This document shows, piece by piece, positions 55,075-63,848 of a DNA stretch of 64,000 bases (position 1 is its first letter; each line of letters starts with the position of its first letter). A program made the translations under genes and the position numbers. Source of the DNA: an uncultured cyanobacterium (lineage in GTDB: Bacteria > Cyanobacteriota > Cyanobacteriia > Cyanobacteriales > CAWUOF01); the NCBI GenBank assembly GCA_963744145.1, contig CAVUSO010000001.1, positions 5,664,001 through 5,728,000 of the forward strand, written 5' to 3'. The notes under the pieces are model-generated. The model was not told the DNA's origin and did not search any database. It saw only the letters and a program-made list of their open reading frames with translations.

Positions 55075-58000
55075 TTGCTCAAGATATTACGTCAGCGACT
55101 AGAACTATTTCGACCGCAAATGATTATGTTCAGTTTTTTATTAGGTTCGCTCATTAAAATTTTCTTGATCCTGACCGACTCGATCGTCATGATGAATATT
55201 CATCAATTTTATTTATATTTGGGATTTTTGATATTACTGATTTATATAAGTTATTTATTGATGCGATTAAGACAAACAACATTAGCTCTAAAAACAGCTA
55301 ACGAAACCTTAGAATCACGAGTAATAAATCATCCTCAGCAATTGGTAACAGCTTTAGAACTAACCGAAAAAGTTAACCAAGAATTAGCAACAGAAGCAAA
55401 TTTGCTATTGACACAACGACACTTACAATTTTTACTTTCAGTGAGTCCAGCTGTTATTTATAACCGCGAAGTTGCAGATGACTCTCAGATTACATTTATC
55501 AGTGAAAATATTAGCTCAATTTATGGTTATGAAACTAGGGAATTTTTAGCAGATCCTCAGTTTTGGATAGAAAAAATTCATCCGGAAGATGTGGACCGTG
55601 TTCTGAAGGAATTTTCTAATATCTTTATCGAAAAAAATGATCACCATGAATATCGCTTTCAACACAAAAATGGAAACTACCGCTGGATATATGACGAACG
55701 GAAATTAGTTCGAGATGAAACTGGAAATCCTTTAGAAATAGTTGGTTATTGGTTAGATGTCACCGAACGTAAACAATCAGAAGAATGGCAACATTTACTC
55801 GAATCGGTAGTAATTAATGCTAATGATGGAATTATGATTGCTACAGCTAATTCAATCGATTATCCCTTAGGTCCAAAAATTGTGTATGTGAACGAAGCTT
55901 TTACCAAAATAACGGGATATTTACCTGGGGAAGTAATAGGAAAAACACCAAGAATTTTGCAAGGAGAAAAAACGAATCGTTCTGAGTTAAATAAAATTCG
56001 TCATGCTCTCATTAACTGGAAACCTGTTAAAGTTGAAGTGATTAACTATCGCAAAGATCGGTCAGAATTTTGGGTAGAACTAAATCTTTTTCCAGCAGCA
56101 GATAAAAAAGGATTTTTTACCCATTGGGTATCAATCCAGCGCAATATTACCGAACGTAAACAGGTTGAAGAAGAATTACTTAAACAAAATCTGCGATCGC
56201 AACTTTTTACAGAAATTACTTTAAAAATTCGTCAATCTTTACAACTAGAAGATATTCTGCAAACCACAGTTACAGAAATTCAAAAAATTCTGCAATCTGA
56301 CCGAGTCTTAATTTATAGATTTTGGGATGATGGTTCAGGTACAGTTGTGACCGAAGCAGTGATTCCAGGATATCCAGGTATTCTCGGACAAATTATTCAC
56401 GATCCTTGCTTTGGAGAAACACATATAGAACAGTATCGTAACGGACGTATTGCTATTGTAAATGATATAGAAACAATGCCCGTGCAAAGTTGCTATTTAG
56501 AATTCCTACGTGCTTTAGGTGTTAAAGCTAATTTAGTTGTACCCATTTTACAACAAAATACTCAATTATGGGGATTACTAATTGCCCATCACTGTAGTAG
56601 TCCTAGAAATTGGAATAACTTTGAAACTGAATTATTACAACAACTAGCTAATCAAGTAGGTATTGCTTTAGCACAAGCTAAACTTTTAGAAGAAGAAACT
56701 CGTCAGCGTGATAACTTGGAATTAGCTCGTCGTCAAGCGGAAGCAGCTTCCCAGATCAAGAGCGATTTTTTAGCTAATATGAGTCACGAAATCCGGACTC
56801 CAATGAATGCTGTTTTGGGAATGACAGGTTTACTGCTAGAAACTTCTTTAACTTCTGAACAACGGGATTTTGTAGAAACAATCCGTCTCAGTGGGGATGC
56901 TCTTTTAAGTTTAATTAATGAAATTTTAGATATATCTAAACTTGAAGCTGGACAATTAGCATTAGAAATTTTAGATTTTGATTTAGCTAGCTGTGTTGAG
57001 GAAGTGGTAGATTTATTTGCTACCAATGCTCATGTTAAAGGACTAGAGATTACTGCTTTAATCTTACCTAATGTGACGACCCAAGTTAAAGGTGATGCTG
57101 GTCGTCTCCGACAAATTCTGACTAATTTGACTGGGAATGCTGTGAAATTTACTGAGGAAGGGGAAGTTGTAGTTAAAGTAGAAGTACAAGAGCATAAAAA
57201 TAATGAAATATCTGAATTAGAACTAACTAATCAGATAATTTTGCGTTTTTCTGTCACTGATACAGGAATTGGGATTGCTTTAGCAGATCAAAATAAACTT
57301 TTTCAACCTTTTTCTCAAGTAGACCCTTCGACTGCTCGCAAATATGGTGGGACTGGATTAGGATTGGCAATATGTAAACAACTTGTCAACTTAATGGGAG
57401 GAGAAATTGGAGTTGAAAGTACGTTAGGACAAGGTTCAACCTTTTGGTTTACAGCTAGGTTAGCCAAGCAATTAAATAATAATTTTTCTCCCACTAAACG
57501 GGAGTATCCTGGTGAAAATTATCCGGTCTATTCTCCACCGGGTTTGCCAAGCAGAAGTTGTATTTTTCCGGCTAATTGTCTCAAAGATAAACGGTTATTA
57601 GTAGTGGATGATAATGATAATCATCGCCAATTAATTCGTTATCAAATTAGTCCTTTAGGAATGCTAATTGATGAAGCTGATCGGGGCGAAAAAGCCTTAG
57701 AATTTTTGGAAAACGCTGATCGCCAAAATCTAGTTTATGATGTCATTTTAATCGATCTAAAAATGCCGGAAATGGATGGAATATCCCTCGGCAAAATTAT
57801 TAAGAATAACCCGAAGTTTGCTGGGATTCCCTTGATTATCTTAGTGGCTACTAATCAAAGAGATGAAGTATTACGATGCCTGGAATTAGGTTTTGTTGCT
57901 TATTTGGTAAAACCGATTAAACAATATCGGTTATTAGATAGTTTAATTAATGTATTGGATCTACAGTTATATTTATCAGATTCCCAGGAGAATAATCTGG

Positions 58001-58473
58001 CACTGACTGCACAACAAGCTGGAGGAGGAGAACCAAGGTTTCCCCATTTATATACAAAACTGAGAATTTTACTGGCTGAAGATAATCTGGTGAATCAAAA
58101 AGTAGCAATTAGACAAATCCAAAACCTCGGCTATGATGCAGATGTAGCCGCAAATGGTGAGGAAGTTCTCCAACTTTTGGCCCAAATTCCCTATGATTTA
58201 ATTTTAATGGACTGCCAAATGCCAATTCTTGATGGTTATGAAACTACTCGGGAAATTCGTCGTCGGATGCAAGAGTCTAACCGAGCCAACGATCGCCCAG
58301 AATTACCAATTATTATTGCGCTGACTGCCAATGCGATGAAGGAAGATCAAGAAAAATGTCTCGCTGCGGGTATGGATGATTATTTAAGTAAACCAGTCCG
58401 CAAAGAAGCACTCCAAGTTATGCTATCTCACTGGAGTAATAAAATTTTTCAAGCTAAAGAGACCAACCTATGA
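55075..58473 (+). CDS. Hybrid histidine kinase: PAS-PAS, DXCF-type cyanobacteriochrome GAF, kinase, two receivers (start uncertain)
   Basis: IHPED PAS, IHDPCF + [31 protein letters not shown], two REC domains. Confidence 0.9.
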   Translation: MLKILRQRLELFRPQMIMFSFLLGSLIKIFLILTDSIVMMNIHQFYLYLGFLILLIYISYLLMRLRQTTLALKTANETLESRVINHPQQLVTALELTEKVNQELATEANLLLTQRHLQFLLSVSPAVIYNREVADDSQITFISENISSIYGYETREFLADPQFWIEKIHPEDVDRVLKEFSNIFIEKNDHHEYRFQHKNGNYRWIYDERKLVRDETGNPLEIVGYWLDVTERKQSEEWQHLLESVVINANDGIMIATANSIDYPLGPKIVYVNEAFTKITGYLPGEVIGKTPRILQGEKTNRSELNKIRHALINWKPVKVEVINYRKDRSEFWVELNLFPAADKKGFFTHWVSIQRNITERKQVEEELLKQNLRSQLFTEITLKIRQSLQLEDILQTTVTEIQKILQSDRVLIYRFWDDGSGTVVTEAVIPGYPGILGQIIHDPCFGETHIEQYRNGRIAIVNDIETMPVQSCYLEFLRALGVKANLVVPILQQNTQLWGLLIAHHCSSPRNWNNFETELLQQLANQVGIALAQAKLLEEETRQRDNLELARRQAEAASQIKSDFLANMSHEIRTPMNAVLGMTGLLLETSLTSEQRDFVETIRLSGDALLSLINEILDISKLEAGQLALEILDFDLASCVEEVVDLFATNAHVKGLEITALILPNVTTQVKGDAGRLRQILTNLTGNAVKFTEEGEVVVKVEVQEHKNNEISELELTNQIILRFSVTDTGIGIALADQNKLFQPFSQVDPSTARKYGGTGLGLAICKQLVNLMGGEIGVESTLGQGSTFWFTARLAKQLNNNFSPTKREYPGENYPVYSPPGLPSRSCIFPANCLKDKRLLVVDDNDNHRQLIRYQISPLGMLIDEADRGEKALEFLENADRQNLVYDVILIDLKMPEMDGISLGKIIKNNPKFAGIPLIILVATNQRDEVLRCLELGFVAYLVKPIKQYRLLDSLINVLDLQLYLSDSQENNLALTAQQAGGGEPRFPHLYTKLRILLAEDNLVNQKVAIRQIQNLGYDADVAANGEEVLQLLAQIPYDLILMDCQMPILDGYETTREIRRRMQESNRANDRPELPIIIALTANAMKEDQEKCLAAGMDDYLSKPVRKEALQVMLSHWSNKIFQAKETNL

Positions 58474-58814
58474 ATACCCCCTCTCCTATCGATATAGAGC
58501 GATTGTATCAAACTTCTGGAGGTGATGCAGAATTTGAAAAAGAACTGTTGGAGCTGTTTATTGAGGATACTCAGCCTCATTTAGCTAATCTGACTAGAGC
58601 ATTAGCAGAAAAAGATTTTGACCGACTGCAAATGGAAGCTCATTACATTAAAGGTGCCAGTATCAATATGGGTGCTAATATGATGCACTCTCTAGCACTG
58701 CAACTGGAACTGGCTGCTAAACAAGCAAATTTAGACAGTGCTGGAACTTTTAATACTAAATTAGTCGCGGCTTTTGAGGCTGTGAAAAATTTTCGAGTGA
58801 CAAAAGATAATTAA
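58470..58814 (+). CDS. Hpt phosphotransfer protein
   Basis: AHYIKGAS motif; ATGA overlap with the kinase. Confidence 0.9.
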   Translation: MNTPSPIDIERLYQTSGGDAEFEKELLELFIEDTQPHLANLTRALAEKDFDRLQMEAHYIKGASINMGANMMHSLALQLELAAKQANLDSAGTFNTKLVAAFEAVKNFRVTKDN

Positions 58815-59025
58815 TCCATCAAAAGTAACTCTAAATTTATTCATCTTCATAGCGATCGCATTGGTCAACTTTAATTCGATGCGATCGCATCGAATTCCTT
58901 GATTTGATTAAATCAACAAATTTTTTGTCACTTTCTGAAAAATATGATTTAATCAGATTAGGCTAATTTAGCCCTTGTCCGATTGACTCAGTTTGGTTCC
59001 TTATCACTTTACATCAGGTTAAGTT

Positions 59026-60975
59026 ATGATTAAAAAAAGAATAAAGGTCTTAATTTTATCTTTAATCATTGGGTTCTTTGGGGTGATTGGGTGTAATACA
59101 TTGCAACAGCAAACTACAAATAACCAAACCGCATTAAACCCACCAAAGCACAATAATAATGTCGTCATATTTATTGCTGATGGTTTACGAAGAGATGCGG
59201 TTAACCAAACAGATGCTCCTACGATTTTATCAATTAGAGAAAATGGAGTTGATTATGTTAATAGTCATTCCCTATTCCCGACTTTTACAACTCCTAATGC
59301 TTCAGCGATCGCGACGGGACATTATTTAGGAGATACCGGAGATTTTAGTAATAACCTTTATATTGACTCTCCTGTTGCTCATGCTGATCATAGTGTAATC
59401 CCGTTTATTGAAAATGATCCAATTATAGCAGATATAGATGAAAAATTTCCTAGTTTGAATTTCTTAGATGAAGAAACTTTACTAGCGATCGCGCGTCAAG
59501 CTGGATATAGTACCGCTGCGATCGGTAAACTCGGTCCGACTTTAATTCAAGATGTTACCCAAGGAAATCGAGTCAATGGCAATATTCTACCACCACAAAC
59601 CATTATTATTGATGATAGTACAGGTTCTAAAGGTGGAGTACCATTAAGCGCAGAGTTAACAGCAAAATTACCAACTGTAGGTTTACCTTTAGCGACAACT
59701 CCTCGTGATCAACCTCCGGGAAATAATCAAAAACCAGGAACTACTAAAGCTAATATTGGTCAGCAACAATATTTTGCCGATGTCACCACTAAAGTAATCC
59801 TACCCTTATTTAAAGAAAGGGGAAAGCCTTTTGTCATGGTATATTGGTCTCGTGATCCAGATGGAACTCAGCACAATCATGGAGATAGTTTAAATAGTCT
59901 GACTCCTGGGATTAATGGTCCGACCTCAAAAGCTGCAATTAAAAATGCAGATAATAACCTCAAGCAAATCATTGATGCTTTAAAAGATCAAGGTTTAACA
60001 AATACTACAGATATATTTGTTACCTCAGATCATGGATTTTCAACTATCAGTAAGCAATCTATAGATGCTAAAGGTAGTAAAACTAATAGCTATGCAGCAT
60101 CTCTTTCCTACCCTAATGTTAATGCTGGATTTCTCCCAAATGGTTTTGTTGCGATTGATCTAGCTAAAGCACTAAAGCAACCTTTATTTGATCCGAATCA
60201 GGTAATTACAACTTCAGCTAAAGAGGAAATAAAGTATACTCCTATTGATCCAACTAAAGGACAATCACTTAAATCGGGAAATGCTTTAATTGGTGGTACA
60301 GGGAAAATTACCAACAACAAAACTGATGCTCAAGTAGTCGTTGCAGCTAATGGAGGTTCAGATTTAATTTATTTACCTAGTGGAGATAAAAATCTCGCTA
60401 AAAAAATAGTAGATATTTTATCCCAACAAGATTATATTAGCGGGATTTTTGCTGATGATATTTTTGGGAAACTTCCTGGAGCATTACCTTTAAGTAGTGT
60501 GGGATTAAAAGGATCAGCACTGACTCCTATCCCTGGGATTGTTGTTAACTTTAGAACTTTTTCTCTAGATCCCAAAAATCCGCTTCTGAGTGGTATCCAA
60601 ATCGCTGATACAGGATTACAACAGGGACAGGGGATGCACGGTTCATTTAGTCGGGCAGATACCTACAATAATATGGCAGCGATCGGTCCTGATTTTAAGA
60701 AAAATTTTGTTAATCAAGCTCCTGTTAGTAACGCTGATATCGCAGTTACTCTAGCAAAGGTGCTTGGGTTACCAATTTCCAAGAAAGGAAATTTACTCGG
60801 TCGAATTAGTGAGGAATCTCTAGTAGGAGGACCAAATACCGTATCATCCTCTTCCGAAACTTTAAAATCCGATCCAGCAACTAATGGTTTATCAACTATT
60901 TTAAAATATCAAAAAGTTGGTAACAACAATTATTTTGATGTGGCAGGATTTCCCGATCGAACAGTTGGGTTATAA
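59026..60975 (+). CDS. Alkaline phosphatase/nucleotide pyrophosphatase family lipoprotein
   Basis: FIADGLR, FPTFTTPN, DPDGTQH, TSDHG, MHGS. Confidence 0.88.
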   Translation: MIKKRIKVLILSLIIGFFGVIGCNTLQQQTTNNQTALNPPKHNNNVVIFIADGLRRDAVNQTDAPTILSIRENGVDYVNSHSLFPTFTTPNASAIATGHYLGDTGDFSNNLYIDSPVAHADHSVIPFIENDPIIADIDEKFPSLNFLDEETLLAIARQAGYSTAAIGKLGPTLIQDVTQGNRVNGNILPPQTIIIDDSTGSKGGVPLSAELTAKLPTVGLPLATTPRDQPPGNNQKPGTTKANIGQQQYFADVTTKVILPLFKERGKPFVMVYWSRDPDGTQHNHGDSLNSLTPGINGPTSKAAIKNADNNLKQIIDALKDQGLTNTTDIFVTSDHGFSTISKQSIDAKGSKTNSYAASLSYPNVNAGFLPNGFVAIDLAKALKQPLFDPNQVITTSAKEEIKYTPIDPTKGQSLKSGNALIGGTGKITNNKTDAQVVVAANGGSDLIYLPSGDKNLAKKIVDILSQQDYISGIFADDIFGKLPGALPLSSVGLKGSALTPIPGIVVNFRTFSLDPKNPLLSGIQIADTGLQQGQGMHGSFSRADTYNNMAAIGPDFKKNFVNQAPVSNADIAVTLAKVLGLPISKKGNLLGRISEESLVGGPNTVSSSSETLKSDPATNGLSTILKYQKVGNNNYFDVAGFPDRTVGL

Positions 60976-61006
60976 AAAATACCTGTGTATTGCAGTGGAA
61001 TTTATA

Positions 61007-61151
61007 CCCCGCACAAGTTGACAAAGCTTTTGCACTGGCGAGTTACCGTTACTCTACAGACCCTTTTTGAGGTGGATCTGGTAGGAGTCGAACCTACAAT
61101 TCCCGCTGTTCAAGCGGATTGTGTGTAAGCTTTATCTGTCAGGGTGCGGGG
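61007..61151 (-). ncRNA. YrlA-like Y RNA candidate (permuted tRNA-like module in a terminal stem)
   Basis: CCCCGCAC/GTGCGGGG ends pair; inside: hairpin, T arm GTAGG-TTCGACT-CCTAC, acceptor CAGATCC-loop-GGGTCTG, D arm GAGT-AACGGTA-ACTC. Confidence 0.7.
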
Positions 61152-61165
61152 AAAAATTATTACCT

Positions 61166-61289
61166 TAGACCTCTTGCAAAAGTCATGTTGATCAATTTAC
61201 TGGACAGGCAAGATGCCTGTCCCACAACCAAAAAAAACTCTTGTGGGACAGGCATCTTGCCTGTCCTAGTTATTTTTGCAAGAAGTCTA
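61166..61289. repeat. MITE/REP-like element inserted in the tRNA operon
   Basis: Same family as 14073-14196. Confidence 0.85.
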
Positions 61290-61312
61290 TTCCAATAGTG
61301 AAAGAAAAATAG

Positions 61313-61395
61313 AGGAAGATGGAGGAATCGAACCCCTACAGAAACCCGTACCCTGGTTTTCAAGACCAGTCGCTGTCCATTCAGCGGCATCTTCC
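61313..61395 (-). tRNA. tRNA-Ser(TGA)
   Basis: CTGGT-CT TGA AA-ACCAG; long variable arm; GGTTCGATTCC. Confidence 0.85.
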
Positions 61396-61402
61396 CTTGA
61401 GG

Positions 61403-61478
61403 GGTGTCTGACGGGACTCAAACCCGCTATTAACTAGCTTCACAGACTAGCGTCTCGATCGCTTCGACTTCAAACACC
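61403..61478 (-). tRNA. tRNA-His(GTG)
   Basis: CTAGT-CT GTG AA-GCTAG; G-1:C73; atypical T loop TTTGAGT. Confidence 0.8.
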
Positions 61479-61483
61479 ATCAG

Positions 61484-61556
61484 TGGATCTGGCGAGGGTT
61501 GAACTCGCAACCTCCTGTTTGCAAGACAGGCATTCTCCCATTAGAACTACAGACCC
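61484..61556 (-). tRNA. tRNA-Ala(TGC)
   Basis: CCTGT-CT TGC AA-ACAGG; G3:U70. Confidence 0.9.
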
Positions 61557-61565
61557 AAACCAAGA

Positions 61566-61639
61566 CGGGAATGGTAGGAATTGAACCCACAACATCCGAG
61601 GTAGAAACTCGGCGCTCTATCCGATTGAGCTACATTCCC
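61566..61639 (-). tRNA. tRNA-Arg(TCT)
   Basis: CCGAG-TT TCT AC-CTCGG; full cloverleaf. Confidence 0.9.
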
Positions 61640-61665
61640 ATCAACAATTGTGAAAATTTTTCAGT

Positions 61666-61910
61666 TCAGGCGATCGCGTAAGGGCGTGCAAGTTAGCAGA
61701 GCATTTTGCGTTTTCTCAGCTACTAGAGGGACTCCGCCGATGAGTTATTACACACTCTTTCAAGGATGGCTACTTCTAAGCCTACCTATCGGGTTCTTTG
61801 TACTCCCCATTGGCAAACGCGACCCGATATTTGATAGGGTTACTATTCCTCTCGTACTTAGTATGTAAGCTCTATCCTATTAGGGCACGCTGAGGACGCG
61901 ATCGCACTGA
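61666..61910 (-). ncRNA. Structured RNA with a sarcin-ricin loop and a 23S rRNA H43/H44 (L11-binding) mimic
   Basis: Ends pair; AGTACGAGAGGAA at 61846-61858; 56-nt GTPase-centre-like domain at 61737-61792. Confidence 0.75.
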
Positions 61911-61967
61911 TTACCAAACATGATCAAACGAATTTAACACACCTCCTTAAATCAAATTCAATTCACA

Positions 61968-62039
<72 letters not shown>

Positions 62040-62045
62040 TTTAAA

Positions 62046-62116
62046 AGCGGATAACGAGAGTCGAACTCGTACCTAGAATTTGGAAGAATCAGATGCTACC
62101 GCTACACCATATCCGC
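62046..62116 (-). tRNA. tRNA-Gly(TCC), weak anticodon stem
   Basis: GCGGATA/TATCCGC acceptor; CT TCC AA loop; TGATT/ATTCT stem has mismatches. Confidence 0.7.
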
Positions 62117-62139
62117 CGATTAAAATGATCAGATTTGGT

Positions 62140-62985
62140 TTATTTATCTGGCCGAAATCGCCGATCGAACTCTGTAAATATCTTTCTTTCTTCGCTTAGA
62201 TCCAGAACTGAAAATAGGATGCTTTTGAATCTTCCCCAAAACTGTCCTTTTGTTAATAAAAAATCCGCAAACATTTGAGCGACCATTGCCGGATCGTTTC
62301 TGAATACTCCACATCCCCAAGCTCCTAAAACTAAAGCATCACAATGATGGTAAGCAGCTAAACTTAACAACTTAGCACCGCGAACATAGAGAACTTCGCG
62401 AATTTTTCCTTGAGCCGGAGATGGTCTTTTTCTAATTTCACCAGCGTTAGGAGCTGGACTAGTGAAAAAATCCACTTGATGGGGGATTGACAGTAAAGTT
62501 CCATCATCTTTGCGAAAAATTGGACAACTTGGTGAATGAATAATATGATCGGAATATAAAAGTGAGGAAGTAGACCGATGAAAATCATAATATTTAGGAC
62601 ATTTCAATAGACTTTGGTAAAGTCCAGAACTACGTGCTAAACTCTCTTCTTGTGCTTGAGCACCTCTCATAAATCCACCACCAGGGTTTTTAGCAGAAGC
62701 AAAATTGAGAACACCAATTTTGGCAAATTTTTGAGTTTTCGTCATCATTTCTGCTCCGCTCAATGTCGTCTCATTCCTGATGGTAAATTCAGTATTAGTG
62801 AAGGTGGCAGCACTAGCGAGAACTTCGGTTTGGATTTGCTCAAGATCAGCAGGATCGTAACATTTTGTTTGAGCGACACAGAATGCTAAATCTGGCGCTA
62901 TATCCACCCGTTCGCTTTGAGGGGATTGGTAATAACCTGCTGCTAGTATATTGAGAGTATCTTGCGCGATCGCAACTCGCTTCAT
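62140..62985 (-). CDS. TIGR02452 family (DUF2263, PARG-like macrodomain) protein
   Basis: VLNFASAKNPGGGF..GAQAQEESL, LVLGAWGCGVF; start moved to MKRVAI after the AGGAG RBS because the longer ORF overlaps tRNA-Thr. Confidence 0.88.
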   Translation of the reverse strand: MKRVAIAQDTLNILAAGYYQSPQSERVDIAPDLAFCVAQTKCYDPADLEQIQTEVLASAATFTNTEFTIRNETTLSGAEMMTKTQKFAKIGVLNFASAKNPGGGFMRGAQAQEESLARSSGLYQSLLKCPKYYDFHRSTSSLLYSDHIIHSPSCPIFRKDDGTLLSIPHQVDFFTSPAPNAGEIRKRPSPAQGKIREVLYVRGAKLLSLAAYHHCDALVLGAWGCGVFRNDPAMVAQMFADFLLTKGQFWGRFKSILFSVLDLSEERKIFTEFDRRFRPDK

Positions 62986-63027
62986 GTGTTTAAAACTCCT
63001 GATACATATCTCCTTTTTTAAAGTCCA

Positions 63028-63099
63028 AGCAGGAGGCGAGATTTGAACTCGCATAGGCAGTTTACAAGACTGCTGTGTTGCCATTGACACCACACCTGC
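63028..63099 (-). tRNA. tRNA-Thr(TGT)
   Basis: GCAGT-CT TGT AA-ACTGC. Confidence 0.85.
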
Positions 63100-63107
63100 A
63101 TGATCAA

Positions 63108-63176
63108 ATACCCCTTGGATTTGAACCTTCCTAAACGAGCTGACTAGACTCGTGCGTGACCACTACTCTAGCCCGC
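63108..63176 (-). pseudogene. Degenerate tRNA (loop CT AGT CA, Thr-like; acceptor does not pair)
   Basis: D-loop AGTGGTC, anticodon stem ACGAG/CTCGT and GGTTCAAATCC are present; the acceptor is broken. Confidence 0.5.
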
Positions 63177-63178
63177 TA

Positions 63179-63260
63179 TGGGTCGAGCTGGATTTGAACC
63201 AGCAAAGCGTTAAGCCGCGGTTTTACAGACCGTCACCTACACCAATAGGTGGGCCGACCC
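63179..63260 (-). tRNA. tRNA-Tyr(GTA)
   Basis: CGGT-CT GTA AA-ACCG; long variable arm. Confidence 0.85.
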
Positions 63261-63271
63261 AGAAAAAAACA

Positions 63272-63344
63272 CGGCCCCAACGGGATTTGAACCCGTGTCT
63301 TCTGATCGAAATTCAGAAATCCTTAACCACTAGACGATGGGGCC
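63272..63344 (-). tRNA. tRNA-Glu(TTC)
   Basis: TCTGA-AT TTC GA-TCAGA; GGCCCCA/TGGGGCC acceptor. Confidence 0.85.
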
Positions 63345-63347
63345 TTT

Positions 63348-63423
63348 TGGCAAGGGAGTCGAGCTTTGAACTCGAAGTCTTCGGTTTTGGAGACCGATAT
63401 GTTGCCAGTTACACCACTCCCCC
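63348..63423 (-). tRNA. tRNA-Trp(CCA), encoded 3' CCA
   Basis: TCGGT-CT CCA AA-ACCGA. Confidence 0.88.
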
Positions 63424-63426
63424 CTA

Positions 63427-63501
63427 TGGTCGCAGCGGTGGGATTTGAACCCACATTTGCTCGGTTATGAGCCGAGGACTTTACCGTTAAGTTACACTGC
63501 A
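63427..63501 (-). tRNA. tRNA with CAT anticodon (Met-type; subtype not resolved), encoded 3' CCA
   Basis: CTCGG-CT CAT AA-CCGAG. Confidence 0.8.
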
Positions 63502-63538
63502 ATCTCTTTTAACTGTTTTCCCAACCTAATCTAGCTCA

Positions 63539-63611
63539 CGAGGCTGACGGGTTTCGATCCCGCTACCTTCTGTTCGACAGACAGACGCTCTCCCAATTGA
63601 GCTACAGCCCC
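63539..63611 (-). tRNA. tRNA-Asp(GTC)
   Basis: TCTGT-CT GTC GA-ACAGA; atypical T loop ATCGAAA. Confidence 0.85.
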
Positions 63612-63753
63612 ATTTAGATCAGGTTTACTTTTTGGGAATTTGGACTTGTTGGCGGTCTACCCAATAGGGCATTACCTGGGTCGGTGATTGCTCGCTTTTG
63701 AGTGAAAACCGCCTTTGTCCAAAAGTGTGTGATATGAAGAATTATTTATTTAG

Positions 63754-63809
63754 TTTTCAAGGTTCAGTTTCTGGCTAGGGTGAAGCTTTTCGGTTCTTTC
63801 CCTCTCGCC
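63754..63809 (-). promoter_or_regulatory. boxB-like hairpin followed by rrn-type boxA (GAACCTTGAAAA)
   Basis: Hairpin at 63773-63809, then GAACCTTGAAAA at 63754-63765 in the operon leader. Confidence 0.6.
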
Positions 63810-63819
63810 CTATATTTAC

Positions 63820-63848
63820 ATACTACAATCATACTACAAAATTGTCAA
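63820..63848 (-). promoter_or_regulatory. Sigma70-type promoter of the tRNA operon with overlapping TGTAGTAT direct repeats
   Basis: TTGACA-17 bp-TAGTAT; two TGTAGTAT copies 11 bp apart. Confidence 0.8.

Noticed and set aside
5528..57026. Numerous 60-105-aa ORFs antisense or out of frame within long genes (helicase, secA, MoxR, kinases etc.)
   Set aside because: Shadow ORFs with no recognisable motifs.
61007..61151. Two-piece (permuted) tmRNA or a tRNA-Phe(GAA)
   Set aside because: It has a true D arm and no tag ORF or pseudoknot region, and the 5' acceptor strand lies downstream of the 3' strand within a closed stem; Y RNA topology fits better.
61666..61910. A real rRNA gene or a group I intron
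   Set aside because: Only two short 23S-like modules are present, in reversed order and with compensatory changes; no interrupted host gene or recognisable intron core was seen.
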